Assembly: GCA_010093745.1 (NCBI GenBank)
Contig: MU006030.1
Coordinates: 1-57,020 of the forward strand
Direction: 5' to 3'
Length of the DNA: 57,020 nt
Origin: Piedraia hortae CBS 480.64
Lineage: Eukaryota
Positions 22,687 through 34,188 of this stretch are shown piece after piece. A program made the position numbers and the translations under genes. Every line of letters starts with the position of its first letter. The first letter of the stretch is position 1. The notes under the pieces were generated by a model that worked only from the letters and a program-made list of their open reading frames with translations, was not told the origin of the DNA and ran no database searches.

Positions 22687-25293
22687 CTACAACCTATCAT
22701 AGTAAACATCATACCCCGGCACCTCCGTCTTCAGACCCTTCCTCTTCCTCATCGCCTCCACAATTTGTCCAGCCTTCGTTGTCTTATCCATCACACTCCC
22801 TGGTAGAACCTGCCAATGATCAAACACCGACTGCGGAAAGGCCTGACCAGATGTTGCCTGCCGCAGATCCGCATTGAACCCAAAAGACTCATTAACGGGG
22901 AGATAAGCTTTGATAATAAACATCGGCGTGCCCGGACGTTGGATTTCTTGAAACACATGGCCTCGTCTTCGGGTAAGTACGCTGTAGATTCCGCCCATTG
23001 CTTGTTCTGGGACTTGAATTTCTACGAGGAAAACAGGTTCCTGGAGGGTGGGCTCGGCGAGGAGGGTTGCTGCGTAAAGGACGCGACGGGCTGTGGGGAG
23101 AATTTGGCTACCACCGCGCTGGATGGCGTCGGAGTGGAGCGTTACGTCTGTAATATTGAAGCGAATTGAGCGCATGGGTTCTTCGGCAATGGGGCCTTCT
23201 TTGGTGGCCCACTGAAAACCGGAGATCATCGAGTCTTTGATATCGTGGAGGTATTGTACGGCTTTGGTTCGGTCGACTAGGACGTTCGCACCGGTCGTGT
23301 CAGGTCCGAAACACCAGATTTTTCGTGCGTCGGTGATTTCCCATTCGTGTTCGTCTGCCAGGATACGTGCGCGTACTTTGAAGTCGTCGCGAGGACCAAT
23401 TTTTCCGGACTCAATGTCCTTTGATACCGCTTCGCCCAGAGGTTGGGCTGTGACGTAGAGACGGTTGTGCTTGTTTTGGGACTTGGAAAGTGCCTGGATG
23501 CGCGACGAGGTGCTGACAGTCTCACGGTATTGCACGACCGGATCAGAGACACGCAGCGGCACGCCAGCGTGGTCCTCTTCAAGGTCCTTGAGACAAATCT
23601 CCAAATGCAGCTCACCAGCACCGGCCACGACGTGCTCGCCAGACTCGGAAATATATGTGAGCACACAAGGATCCGACTTGGACAAACGCTTGAGACCTTC
23701 GACCAGCTTCGGCAGGTCGATACCGTTCTTGACCTGAACAGATCGCTGCACAACAGGAGAGACCGAAAACTTCATGACCTTGAGGTTGTGTGCGTTGGGA
23801 AATTCAGTCAGCGTTCCAGACTTTAGCAAAAACTGATCGACTCCCAGCAAGCCGATAATGTTTCCGGCCGGGACACTGTCAATCTGCGCTGTTTCACGAC
23901 CCATCATGAGCACCGTACGTTGAATGGACTTGATGAACAGATCTTCCTTTTTTCCAGGCGTGTAGGCTGGGCCTTGGATGCGGATCTGAGGCCCGGCTTT
24001 GGCAGTTCCGGAGAAAACACGGCCGAGGGCGTAGAAACGGCCCTTGTCCGAGGTCGGCACCATCTTGGACACGTACAGCATCAGCTTTGCTTTGGGGTCG
24101 CAATCGCGGATGGCGATGGCTGCCTCGTCGTCCATGGGGCCCTCGTATAAAGTTTCCACGCGATACTTCTGCGCCGTGACGGGAGACGGCAGATGCAGAA
24201 TCATCATCTCCATCAAAGCATCTGCTGCGGGCAGGAACTTGTGCATGACGGCCCGTAGCACCTTCTTCGGCTCCTTCTCTCTGTCAGCTTTCGACAATTT
24301 GATTTCAAGCTTCTCAAGAAGCTTGTCAATTTCTCCCTGGTCGCCTTTCATGACAGTCTGGAAGACGCGGAAGATGGGGTCCAAGCAGAATTGATTGAAA
24401 GCCCGCTCCAACGTCTGACCCTCGTAGGTACCGTTCTTGGTCCACTTTTTGGTCTTGGGGTTAAAGTAATTGTCGCCCTGCAAATATCGTCAGCAAGAAG
24501 TCCCCGGCCGGACAGGGATGGTGTACCCAAAGCCTCTCCATCATCTTCTTCTTGTCAACGCCAAACTTCTTCGCATACTTTGCCGCGAACTGGCGAATGG
24601 TAAATGCCCAGCCCTGGAGACCAGCGCCAAAAGCGATGGTTCCCTTCTCGGGGTGGACCTGGATATCACCAAGCGCCTTGTCATAGTAAGTAGCGATAAC
24701 TACATTCACAGACTCAATCACCCGGGAAAAGCTCTGGAAGAGGTCTTCCTTTGAGAGTTGTAATTCCAGAAGTGCACGGTCGACCTTGTTGATAATGACT
24801 ACGGGCTTGATACGCTCACCAAGAGCCTGACGGAGGACCGTCTCCGTCTGCACGCAGACACCTTCAATGGTGTCAACTACGACGAGGGCGCCGTCAGTGA
24901 CGCGGAGGGCGGCGGTCACTTCAGACGAGAAGTCAACGTGGCCGGGAGAGTCAATCAGATTGATCAGAAATTCGTTCTTCTCAGTCTTGGTCGGGATATC
25001 TTTGAGGTCTTCATCATCAGGCAGCTGACCGTAGAGGGAGATTGCCGTAGATTTTATCGTCACGCCGCGCTCCTGTTCGTCTGCGCGCGTGTCCATGAAA
25101 CGCTCTTTGCTGGAGATTCCCGCTCTTCTTACGAGAGAGTCGGTGAGGGTGGATTTGCCGTGATCGACATGGGCGATGACGGACATGTTCCGGATGTTGA
25201 CCGGATTGTCCATGAGCCCGCGGATTTCTTCTATCGTGAAGCTGGGACATTAGTACGGCAGTGGCTGGGCTGGTCGATCGCTTACTTGACCAT
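22687..25293 (-). CDS. EFT: Translation elongation factor 2 (eEF2), divergent, 837 aa; exons 25293-25286, 25241-24527, 24477-22687
   Basis: MVNFTIEEIR start; [58 protein letters not shown]. Introns 25242-25285 and 24478-24526 are GT-AG and keep the frame. The diphthamide loop reads [11 protein letters not shown]. Confidence 0.95.
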
Positions 25294-25431
25294 CGTAGCG
25301 GTGTGTCAGAGGATTCGTAACTGAGAGGACCGCGGATTAAATATACGGGAAATCGAAAAAGTTTGCGGTTGTAAATTTGTAGACTGCGAACCGGCTATTT
25401 GAAGGGTATCCAGGCATCACAATATCGTTAT

Positions 25432-25453
25432 TGAGTCACATGTGGGTGACTCA
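25432..25453. promoter_or_regulatory. Pair of Gcn4/CpcA (AP-1-type) sites upstream of eEF2
   Basis: TGAGTCA 25432-25438 and TGACTCA 25447-25453, inverted, about 140-160 bp upstream of the ATG. Confidence 0.55.
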
Positions 25454-25972
25454 CACCTTAAGTTTGAGGGATCAGGCTGAGGAGGCACTAAAGCGGTCAG
25501 TACCTTAAAGATGTGAACATTAAACGTGAGATGGAAGAAGGAACAGAGCCGGCAATCCAATCTCCACAGCGACATCCCATCACAGCCTCCGCTAGTGGCT
25601 GATCAGGCTGCCCGTCAAAGCTTCACGCTTATCCAAAGGGTCTCTCACGACGGGCCTGAATTAGCGCTGCGTGGTTGAATCAAGATGTTCAGGCCATTTC
25701 CGTCATTGATCTGCTTCCACGGTATCGGTTTGAGACTCTTCAGGATGAACGTAGAGACGCCATCGAACCCTACTCAAAAGCACCTGCATTCAAACAAAAA
25801 TGAAAACCACATCCTAGCGTGCCATGACCAAATCTCATCTTGTCTTTTGCGAACCGTCATGTTTGATGTCCGCACTGTCTTGACGTTACAGTTCCGCCCC
25901 ACCGCCCCCCACCGCCCCCCACCGCCCCCCCATCCAACCTCATCTCCCCCCCAAAAAAAAATCCCAAGCACA

Positions 25973-26884
25973 ATGTCCCTACCAACATGTCGCGGCGCCC
26001 TCCGGCGGCCCATCCACCTCTCTCTCCGTCGATACACTACCTCTCCCCCCGTAACCCCTCCTCCCCCAGGAACCCCATCCCCTCCCCCTCACCCTCCCAA
26101 GTCAGAAACAACCCACTTCGGCTTTACGACCCTCCCCCTCTCCGAAAAATCCTCCCGAGTCGCATCCGTCTTTACCTCGGTGGCCTCCAACTACGACACA
26201 ATGAACGACCTCATGTCGTTGGGGATCCACCGGCTCTGGAAAGACTACTTCGTCCGCTCCCTCCGCCCCGGCTCGGGTGGGGGTCAAACCCTTCTCGACA
26301 TAGCTGGTGGAACAGGCGATATTGCGATGCGATTACTCGATTACGCTACGGAAATAAAAGGGGATGCGAAGACAAAAGTCGTTGTCTCGGATATAAATCC
26401 CGCAATGCTGGACGAGGGGAGGAGACGCTTCGCGGGGGGGAGGTACATGACTGATGGGAGGGTAAGCTTTCTCGAGGCGAATGCGGAGGATTTACACCAG
26501 GTGGGAAGTGGGACGGTTGATTTGTATACTGTTGCGTTTGGGATAAGGAATTTCACGGATAAGGATGCTGCGCTTAGGGAGGCGTTTAGGGTATTGAAAC
26601 CTGGGGGGGTTTTTGCGTGTCTTGAGTTTACGCCGAGGTTGAGTTGGGGGGCGTTGAATGCGGTTTATAAGAGGTGGAGTTTTGGGGTTATTCCGATCAT
26701 TGGGGAGGTTGTTGCGGGCGATAGGGGGAGTTACCAGTATCTTGTTGAGAGCATCGAGCGGTTTCCGGATCAGGAAACGTTTGCGAAGATGGTGGAGGCG
26801 GCGGGGTTCGTGCTGCCGGGGAGGAGGTGGGAGGATCTTAGTTTTGGGGTTGCAGCGATTCATAAGGGGATTAAACCTGTGTAG
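25973..26884 (+). CDS. COQ5: Ubiquinone biosynthesis C-methyltransferase
   Basis: Mitochondrial-type leader; THFGF, YDTMNDLMSLGIHRLWK, LDIAGGTGD, YTVAFGIRN, RVLKPGG, SYQYLVESIERFP. Confidence 0.93.
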   Translation: MSLPTCRGALRRPIHLSLRRYTTSPPVTPPPPGTPSPPPHPPKSETTHFGFTTLPLSEKSSRVASVFTSVASNYDTMNDLMSLGIHRLWKDYFVRSLRPGSGGGQTLLDIAGGTGDIAMRLLDYATEIKGDAKTKVVVSDINPAMLDEGRRRFAGGRYMTDGRVSFLEANAEDLHQVGSGTVDLYTVAFGIRNFTDKDAALREAFRVLKPGGVFACLEFTPRLSWGALNAVYKRWSFGVIPIIGEVVAGDRGSYQYLVESIERFPDQETFAKMVEAAGFVLPGRRWEDLSFGVAAIHKGIKPV

Positions 26885-27610
26885 ATATTACATACCAGTT
26901 CGCTGGCAACGATCATGCCGCGGTCGGCACGATCAGCCCGTCCAGTTTGACTCTCGACATGAGCTAAACCTCGGGTACATTTTGAAGGGACAGATGACTT
27001 GACCGCAAACTAGACGTTCAATTGCGAGATAGACATCTTTGGTACTGCCTTTTTTTCCAGGACACTGGCTGATAATGTTCTCCCACAGCAAAATGGACTA
27101 TGTCGAAGACTGTCCTGTATAATTCCTGGATGTCCACCATCGTCCGCCTAACTAGTACGTTTTGGTACAAATTAGAGACTTGGGCACGCTTTTTTTGAAC
27201 CCCCAACCTTCACACTGCTATATCTTTACCTTCCTGAGTTGTCTTTTCGGCCCCCAGACTTTCACATCATTACATCTAAATTAAACTGAGTTACATCTTT
27301 GAGCCAACGGTACATCTTCTTAAACGTTTGTTTTGTTGTTATCTTGTTTTTCATTCTACGTCTATGGATGGGCCATAGCTCCTAATGAGCTCATGTCCGG
27401 ACCCTAATGGGGCCGACTCCTTCACTCTCCGTCGTCACCGGTCCCCTCCGACCGCACCTCTTCCACGTCGATTCTTCGTACCACTCGGGCCATTGCCTTT
27501 ATTTGTTTGTTTTTCATTTTACGCTCCTCTGCCCCCCAAAGTTGTGCGCCATTACACCTTTTCTAGGCTGAATTACGACTGAAATACCTGGGTACGTCGT
27601 AACATCTTAT

Positions 27611-27700
27611 NNNNNNNNNNNNNNNNNNNNNNNNNNNNNNNNNNNNNNNNNNNNNNNNNNNNNNNNNNNNNNNNNNNNNNNNNNNNNNNNNNNNNNNNNN
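27611..27700. other. Assembly gap (90 N)
   Basis: Run of n; adjacency across the gap is not verified by sequence. Confidence 0.99.
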
Positions 27701-28010
27701 ATCATATCATCTCCCCCTTTGGGTTCTGCCAGAGCTACACCTCTGCGCAGTTACAACCAACCCCTTCGAAAATGGTCCTACAGTCTATGGTTCTTCGTTC
27801 CACCACCACGAAACCATAATTTGACTCAATACCAGCCCTACATCACCCTATACTGGATACCTAGCATGGCACCACACATCTCGCAGACTTACAGTCCGGC
27901 ATCACTACATTGAGCAGTCCAATGGCATCACACTACTCATCATTCCAGGGGCATCAATCTCAGTCACACACCATAAAATCACACATCGCATTCGGTCTAT
28001 GGGTATCAAA

Positions 28011-31000
28011 CTAACCTCCAAGGTACCTTCCCAGCTCCTTGACCTTTTCCCTCGTCTCGCCCGTAAGTTGCCCCTCCGGTGGCTGCAATACTTTCTCCAA
28101 AACGGGCTTAATCTGCCCCGCCAATCCCTGGATCACTGGATTCTGCTGCTGGTACAGACTCACAATCATGTCGAACGTGGGCTCGTTCTCACGGTAGTCT
28201 TCCGTTAGCGGTAGCAAGGCAATCAGTCGCGGGAGGACTTCTTGGAGCGGTATGTTCTGGGGAGACTTCTTTACCATGCGACTGATACAGCCAATGGCGT
28301 TGTCTAGACCACGGGCTTCGTGTTCGCTGGGGTTTTGGCGTTTGTGGAGGAGTGGTTCGAGCTTTGAGAGGATCTCGTTGTAGCTGCCTAGGACTTCCTT
28401 GGCGTTGGTGCTGTGGAGACAGAGGAGGCCTGTGGAGAAGGCTGCGTTGCTTTTTGTTTCGGCGTCTTCGTCGGAGAGCCGTTTCAGCAAGATTTTCATC
28501 ATGCGGGCTGTGTAGGGAGTGCAGCCCGCTTTCATGCCCTCGACGCATTCGCCAATGGTTCCTACGGCGGCACACCGTTCTGATGTCTCCTGGCTGCTGG
28601 CTAGTCTGAGGATGGGCTTCTCGAAAATCTGCCAAAGCTCTCCAAACTGATCTCCCAAGGCAGTGGACAATGCTGTGACAACGTCAAGGGTAGTGTCAAT
28701 AGTTAACCAGTCGTATTCAGAGTTCTCAGAAGTCTCTTCAATGTCGTCAACGTCTTCATCAATCTGGCACGGGTGCTGCTTCTCCAAGAGCTTAACCAGA
28801 ATGGCACACATTTGCTCAAGAGGCGTGGCTGCTCCTGGTGTAAGTGTAGGCGAGAGAATCGCAGGTCCACAAAGCTTAAGTGTGGCAGACAAGTTGCGGT
28901 TGATATCTGTTACCGTCGACCTAAATTGTCAGCCTTGCCCTACACATCAACACACATAGGATGGCTTGGATCAGAAACAGCCTCTTCGTTTTAGCAGCAT
29001 ATGCTTTGGCATCTGAGTGAGCTGGGTAACGATAGTGTTGTCATCATTATAGCAGAAGAAAAAAAAAAAAAGATGAACATACCTGTCAGCTTCATCCGCC
29101 CACAAGGCAAGGGTCAGCGGCATTATGCGCTGGCCGAGCTTCTGCAAATCTTCCGGAGGAGTCACAGCAAGCGGCAGACCCGGTCGCCATTTCTGCATTC
29201 CCTGGCCCTCGGCGATGCCCCAGACACTGGCGTATGAACGCCACAGAGTGCCAACAGCGCTCTTACGAATACCCTCAAACGAATGTTCAAGCATGGGCAT
29301 CACCGCCGTCACCGTCTTAGGGAAATACGGCACAAAGAGATTCTTGGTATTGGCAAGGACATCGCCCAAGACCTCGACGGCAATTTCCTTCTCCATGGCC
29401 ACGCCAGTAACAGCACCGATATCGTCCCAGTCATCTGCGCTGGCCGCGTCCAGAAGAGCCTTGACCAGAGCGTCGTCAGCATCAACAAGTTCATCCTCGT
29501 TATCCTGAGTCAGTGTAAACTTCTTGCCGCCAACAGTAACTTGTTGGCCCGACAAATCAGCACTTTGCACACCAATCTCCTCACCAGTTTCATCTTGGTT
29601 GATGCATGCCAACAGGGACTCAACAACGCCAGGCAGAAACGGCGAAAATTCCTCCTGATACACCCGTGCCATGGCCGACCAGAAAATGTATGCAGTCTCC
29701 TTGAGACGCTGGTGATCGAGCTGGAGGCTCTCTGCAGTTGACTGCATAAGAGGCTTGACAAATGGCTGGAAGGCTTCACCGCCAACAGCGCACGCAATCT
29801 TACCGAGCGCGTCAATGGACATGGCTCTCAAATCGAGGTCGTCATTGCTGTCCTTGCGCGTCACAAACTGGCCAAGACTTTGCACAGATTTTTGGAAATA
29901 CGGCTTGAACTTGTCCTCTGCAGCGGCGGCAAGAGATCCCGTGGCACTGATGGCGGCCAACTGCACACGATGATCGGGATGACCGAACAAAGTCTCGAAG
30001 CGAGGAGTCAGCTGGTCCACGTAGAGGGCAGCCACATCTGGTTCGAATCCGTCTACAAGAGCATCGATTGCGATGCAGGAAGCTTTGATGATCCGCAACG
30101 CCATGGCATCGCTGGAATTGGACTGTGCTGCCTGGACGGCATGGTCAAAGTTCTTGATAAGAGCCGGAATCAGCTTGGCATGTTCTTTGCCAACGTCCTC
30201 GGCCAAGTCATCAGCAAGACGGGCAAGACAGTCCAAAGTGGCACTGCGCACCAGCGTCGACGAATCTGCGAGCAAATGCAAAACGAGAGGCATAATCTCG
30301 GACAGCTGCGTGTTGATAAAGTCGGGGGCGCCCTCGACGCACATTCCCACAGCCGAGATGCCAGCGCGGCGGTAGCGCGGGTCGCTGTTCTGTACAAACG
30401 GACCAGCGGCCTTGAGCAGCGGGACCACCACATGGCTTGGCGGCAGCGACTCGGCCATGGTATCGATCAGGGCCAACGCCGCTGGACCCGGCAGGAAGTC
30501 GTCATCGTCCTCTTCTTCGCTGTCATCGGGCAACTCCAGGGCGATCTGCAGACACATTTTGACCATGGGTTCGCCCAATTTGAACGTCTGGACCTTGTAT
30601 CTTCTGAAACGAACGCACGACATGAGGAAGCCAATGGCCTGAGTGCGGATATCGTTGTCTAGGTCCGTGTTGACGGCCACTTGGATGAAAAACTGCATCA
30701 GATCCTTGAGATGCGGGCCCAAAAGAGCGCTGTCGAGCTCAACCAGAGTGTCAATCGTATCACACGCCTGCGTAGCGCGGACATCGTCTTTGTCCTCAAT
30801 CGCCCTTTGCAAGACGCGGGCCATATGTGGGATGGTGGTCTGAAAGGTCTTCAGGTGCTTCTCGTCCTCTAGCGTTCGTGCCAGTTCGCCCAGAGCCAGC
30901 ATCGTGTTCAGAGCCACGTCTGGTGACTCTTGGTCTTGGATTGTCTTGACAAAGATGTTTAGGAAACGGCTGGGATCGCCGAGATTGGACGGCGACATGG

Positions 31001-31448
31001 CCTCCAGCAGCGTGTAGATGATGTAGACTGCAACCTCGCGGTGCTTGACGTCCGAACTAACCGCCGCCCGCTCGAGGATCGCGGGGAGCTCCGTCCACTT
31101 GCCGACTGGCAGATCCTGATTGGCCATAGCCGCCAACACACGCGCTTTGCTGTGTCGGGACAGCGGCTTTTCGTCTTCCGTCGTCGATTGCAGCAGCTGC
31201 TGGCGGATCTGCGTCTTCTGCTGGTCCGGCAGGTTCTCCCACAGATTCGGTACCAGTTTGCGCGCCTCGACGGCGGCCAACTGCCTCAGGTCCTCGGCCT
31301 GGTTGGACATTGTAATTTGAACGAGCGCCGTGACGGCGGCGGGATCGGTATAATACTGGGTATTGAGCTGTTCTGTGGCGGCCTTGACATGTTCCGTATT
31401 GGGCTGCAGCAGCGTCTGCAGCAGCTCGACGAACTTTTGGTCGGCCAT
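28011..31448 (-). CDS. KAP123: Importin beta-4 (karyopherin); exons 31448-29083 and 28920-28011
   Basis: IBN_N-like start (LRQLAAVEARK); HEAT repeats; VEGAPDFI, AVTGVAMEKEIAVE, DNAIGCISRM. A 162 nt intron (GTATGT..GCTGAC..TAG) joins EADR|STVTDINRN in frame. Confidence 0.9.
28968..29051 (-). ncRNA. Intronic box C/D snoRNA with two LSU rRNA antisense elements
   Basis: Box C ATGATGA (29047-29041); guide ACCCAGCTCAC (29027-29017) before D' CAGA; C'-like ATGCTGC; guide AGAGGCTGTT (28985-28976) before box D CTGA (28974-28971). The guides complement conserved LSU sequences GUGAGCUGGGU and AACAGCCUCU. Confidence 0.85.
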
Positions 31449-31692
31449 TGCGGGAGAGTGCGTTGCGGAAAAGTTTTGGTGGGGGAAAATTTCGCGTGTG
31501 TGGTGACGTAGTGCGCTGCGAGCCGCTGTGGGGAACAACCCCACGATTTGGAATCTTATTTTTATCTGATCTGATCTTATCTAACCTCATCTTATCTAAA
31601 CTCATCTATCCGGTTGCCCCCGCAACATACGGCCAACGTCTGCGTGCGACAGATGACGGCATCATTCCATCTCGACTACAGGGCGAATCCCC

Positions 31693-34062
31693 ATGCCATC
31701 TACTCGCTACACAGCAGACGATCCACGTGATTCCCCCCCGCGACGCCAGCGAAGACGGCGAACCCATCAGCGACTGGATTCGCAGGGTGACCCCACACCT
31801 CCGTCGCGCGCGAGACGACGCGACGAGCGCATTGAATATTCAGAAGACGAATACTGGCACGGCGAACCGGGAAGTCCTAGTAAGCGAAGGAGGCGGCATG
31901 ATGATACGATATACGTCCGACGAAGCCGACGCGACGATGATAGAGAACGAAGGAGAAGACACCGTGATGATGACGATAGAGAAAGGAGAAGAAGCCGACG
32001 GGGGGAGATGGAAGATCCTCCTCTTTCCCCCGAACAGATAGCTCAGATACGTATGATGAATCAGGCATTGGGCTGGGACGCCGAACCGACACCGTTACAC
32101 GAGGAAAGACGTCACCATCGCAGACGAGATCCAGAGGAGGAGTTGGAGCGGGAGAGGAGGCGGGAAAGGAGGAGACGGAGAAGGGAAGACGCAGAGAGGA
32201 GAAGGCGGGAAGAGGAGCGGTTAGCTGAGGAAAGTACGTTTGATGAATGGGATAGGGTGCATGAAACCAAGCATTTTCCGAGAGAAAGACGGATTGTCAG
32301 TGGGAGGCGATTGGAGCGAGGACACGACCGATATTACAACGACAAGGAGCCATACCGAGAAGACGCAAGGCTGCGGGATGGCGGCAGCAGCGATTATGAG
32401 TATGAAAGCGAGCGGAAGCGAAAGCGAAGGCGGAATATCTGCATCGCCATCAGTCTTCTCCTTCTGATCTTGGTAATAGTCGTACCTGTGGCCATTGTCC
32501 TGTCCAAGAAGAAGAAATCCGAAACATCCCAAGCCGCAGCCGGAGACTCTGGCCCGAAGCCCTCCAACGACAACCTCAACGGGATCAAGCAATCCGACAT
32601 CCCACAACAGTACCAAGGAACTGAGCTCGATCCCTTTACCTGGTACGACACAAATGACTTCAACGTCACATTCACCCCGGTCCTCGTGGGTGGCCTGCCC
32701 ATCATGGGTCTCAACACCTCATGGGACGACAGTCCCAAGGCAAATCCCCACACCAAATCCCTTAACGAAACCTGGAAGTACGGCACCGATCTCATCCGCG
32801 GCGTCAACCTCGGCGGCTGGCTCAGCCTAGAACCCTTGATCACCCCATCCCTCTTCTCCTCCTACTCCTCCCGCGACGGAATCGTGGACGAATACACCCT
32901 GTGCAAAAAACTCGGCGACAAAGCCAAGCAAACACTAGAAAAACACTACTCAACCTTCATCTCCGAGCAAACCTTTGCAGACATCCAAGCCGCCGGGTTC
33001 GACCACGTCCGGATTCCATTCTCCTACTGGGCTGTCACAACCTATGGAGACGATCCCTACGTCCCCAAGACCTCGTTCCGCTACCTCCTCCGCGGGATCG
33101 AATGGGCCCGGAAGTACGGGCTGAGGGTTAATCTCGACCTTCACGCCGCTCCGGGATCGCAGAATGGATGGAATCATTCCGGGCGGCAGGGGACGATTGG
33201 GTGGTTGAATGGGACGGACGGAACGCTAAACGGTCAGAGGACGATTGATATACATAACCAGCTGTCTACGTTTTTTACCCAGCTGCGGTATCGTAATGTT
33301 GTTACGATGTATGGACTCGTTAACGAGCCCAGAATGGTGGAGCTGGATCAGGGGACGGTTATTGATTGGACGAAGAAGGCCATTGCTACGGTGCGTGGGA
33401 ATGGGTACAAAGGGGTTTTGATTTTTGGGGATGGGTTCATGGGTCTGGATAACTGGCAGGGGAAGTTACAAGACGAGGAGAACCTCCTGCTGGATGTGCA
33501 TCAATATGTCATCTTCAACACGCAGCAGCTGGTCCTGACGCATCATGATAAGATCAATTTTGCCTGTGGTGGCTGGACGGAGCAAGCTTTGCGGTCGTCG
33601 AACAAGGCCACCGGGTTTGGGCCTACGTTGTGTGGTGAATGGTCGCAGGCAGATACGGATTGTGCTCAGTACCTCAATAACGTGGGCATTGGGTCGAGGT
33701 GGGAGGGGACCCTGAACACCGTTGGGACTCCCGGGGGTTCAAGGTCTGGGTCGGTTCTGTCTCCTACGTGTCCTACGGCGAATAAGCCCAGGTGCGATTG
33801 CACTTCGGCCAACGCTGACCCGTCGACGTATGCTCCAGCGTATAAGCAGTGGCTCCTCATGTTTGCCGAGGCGCAAATGCACTCGTTCGAGCGTGGTTGG
33901 GGCTGGTTCTACTGGACGTGGCAGACGGAGAGTGCACCACAGTGGAGTTACAAGGACGGTCTCGCTGCGGGAATCCTGCCCAAGCTGGCGTATCAGAGGG
34001 ACTTTGATTGCTCGCAGGAGATTCCCATGTTCAACGACACTGGGCTGCCCGAGTTTTACTGA
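31693..34062 (+). CDS. Membrane-anchored GH5 exo-1,3-beta-glucanase (ExgD/Exg2-like)
   Basis: R/E-rich cytoplasmic N-terminus; TM helix; RGVNLGGWL, DHVRIP, DLHAAPGSQNGWNHSG; catalytic NEP and GEWS; GWFYWTW. Confidence 0.92.
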   Translation: MPSTRYTADDPRDSPPRRQRRRRTHQRLDSQGDPTPPSRARRRDERIEYSEDEYWHGEPGSPSKRRRRHDDTIYVRRSRRDDDRERRRRHRDDDDRERRRSRRGEMEDPPLSPEQIAQIRMMNQALGWDAEPTPLHEERRHHRRRDPEEELERERRRERRRRRREDAERRRREEERLAEESTFDEWDRVHETKHFPRERRIVSGRRLERGHDRYYNDKEPYREDARLRDGGSSDYEYESERKRKRRRNICIAISLLLLILVIVVPVAIVLSKKKKSETSQAAAGDSGPKPSNDNLNGIKQSDIPQQYQGTELDPFTWYDTNDFNVTFTPVLVGGLPIMGLNTSWDDSPKANPHTKSLNETWKYGTDLIRGVNLGGWLSLEPLITPSLFSSYSSRDGIVDEYTLCKKLGDKAKQTLEKHYSTFISEQTFADIQAAGFDHVRIPFSYWAVTTYGDDPYVPKTSFRYLLRGIEWARKYGLRVNLDLHAAPGSQNGWNHSGRQGTIGWLNGTDGTLNGQRTIDIHNQLSTFFTQLRYRNVVTMYGLVNEPRMVELDQGTVIDWTKKAIATVRGNGYKGVLIFGDGFMGLDNWQGKLQDEENLLLDVHQYVIFNTQQLVLTHHDKINFACGGWTEQALRSSNKATGFGPTLCGEWSQADTDCAQYLNNVGIGSRWEGTLNTVGTPGGSRSGSVLSPTCPTANKPRCDCTSANADPSTYAPAYKQWLLMFAEAQMHSFERGWGWFYWTWQTESAPQWSYKDGLAAGILPKLAYQRDFDCSQEIPMFNDTGLPEFY

Positions 34063-34188
34063 CAACTGTCAGAATCAACTGTTGTTGCTGACGGTGTATC
34101 CAACGGCAATTACGTAGAGAAATGCATAGAGGCCTGTATTCGTTACAAACGCCATACTCCATCCCGCTAATCCAGGCTGCGATCCAAA

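Noticed and set aside
17592..26884. P450 + divergent eEF2 + methyltransferase as a sordarin-like cluster with a self-resistance gene
   Set aside because: No terpene cyclase, PKS or NRPS in the window; the methyltransferase is housekeeping COQ5; the P450 is over 3 kb from eEF2.
27000..27610. Possible RIP-mutated transposon fragment next to the gap
   Set aside because: Stop-rich and somewhat AT-shifted, but no diagnostic motif could be read.
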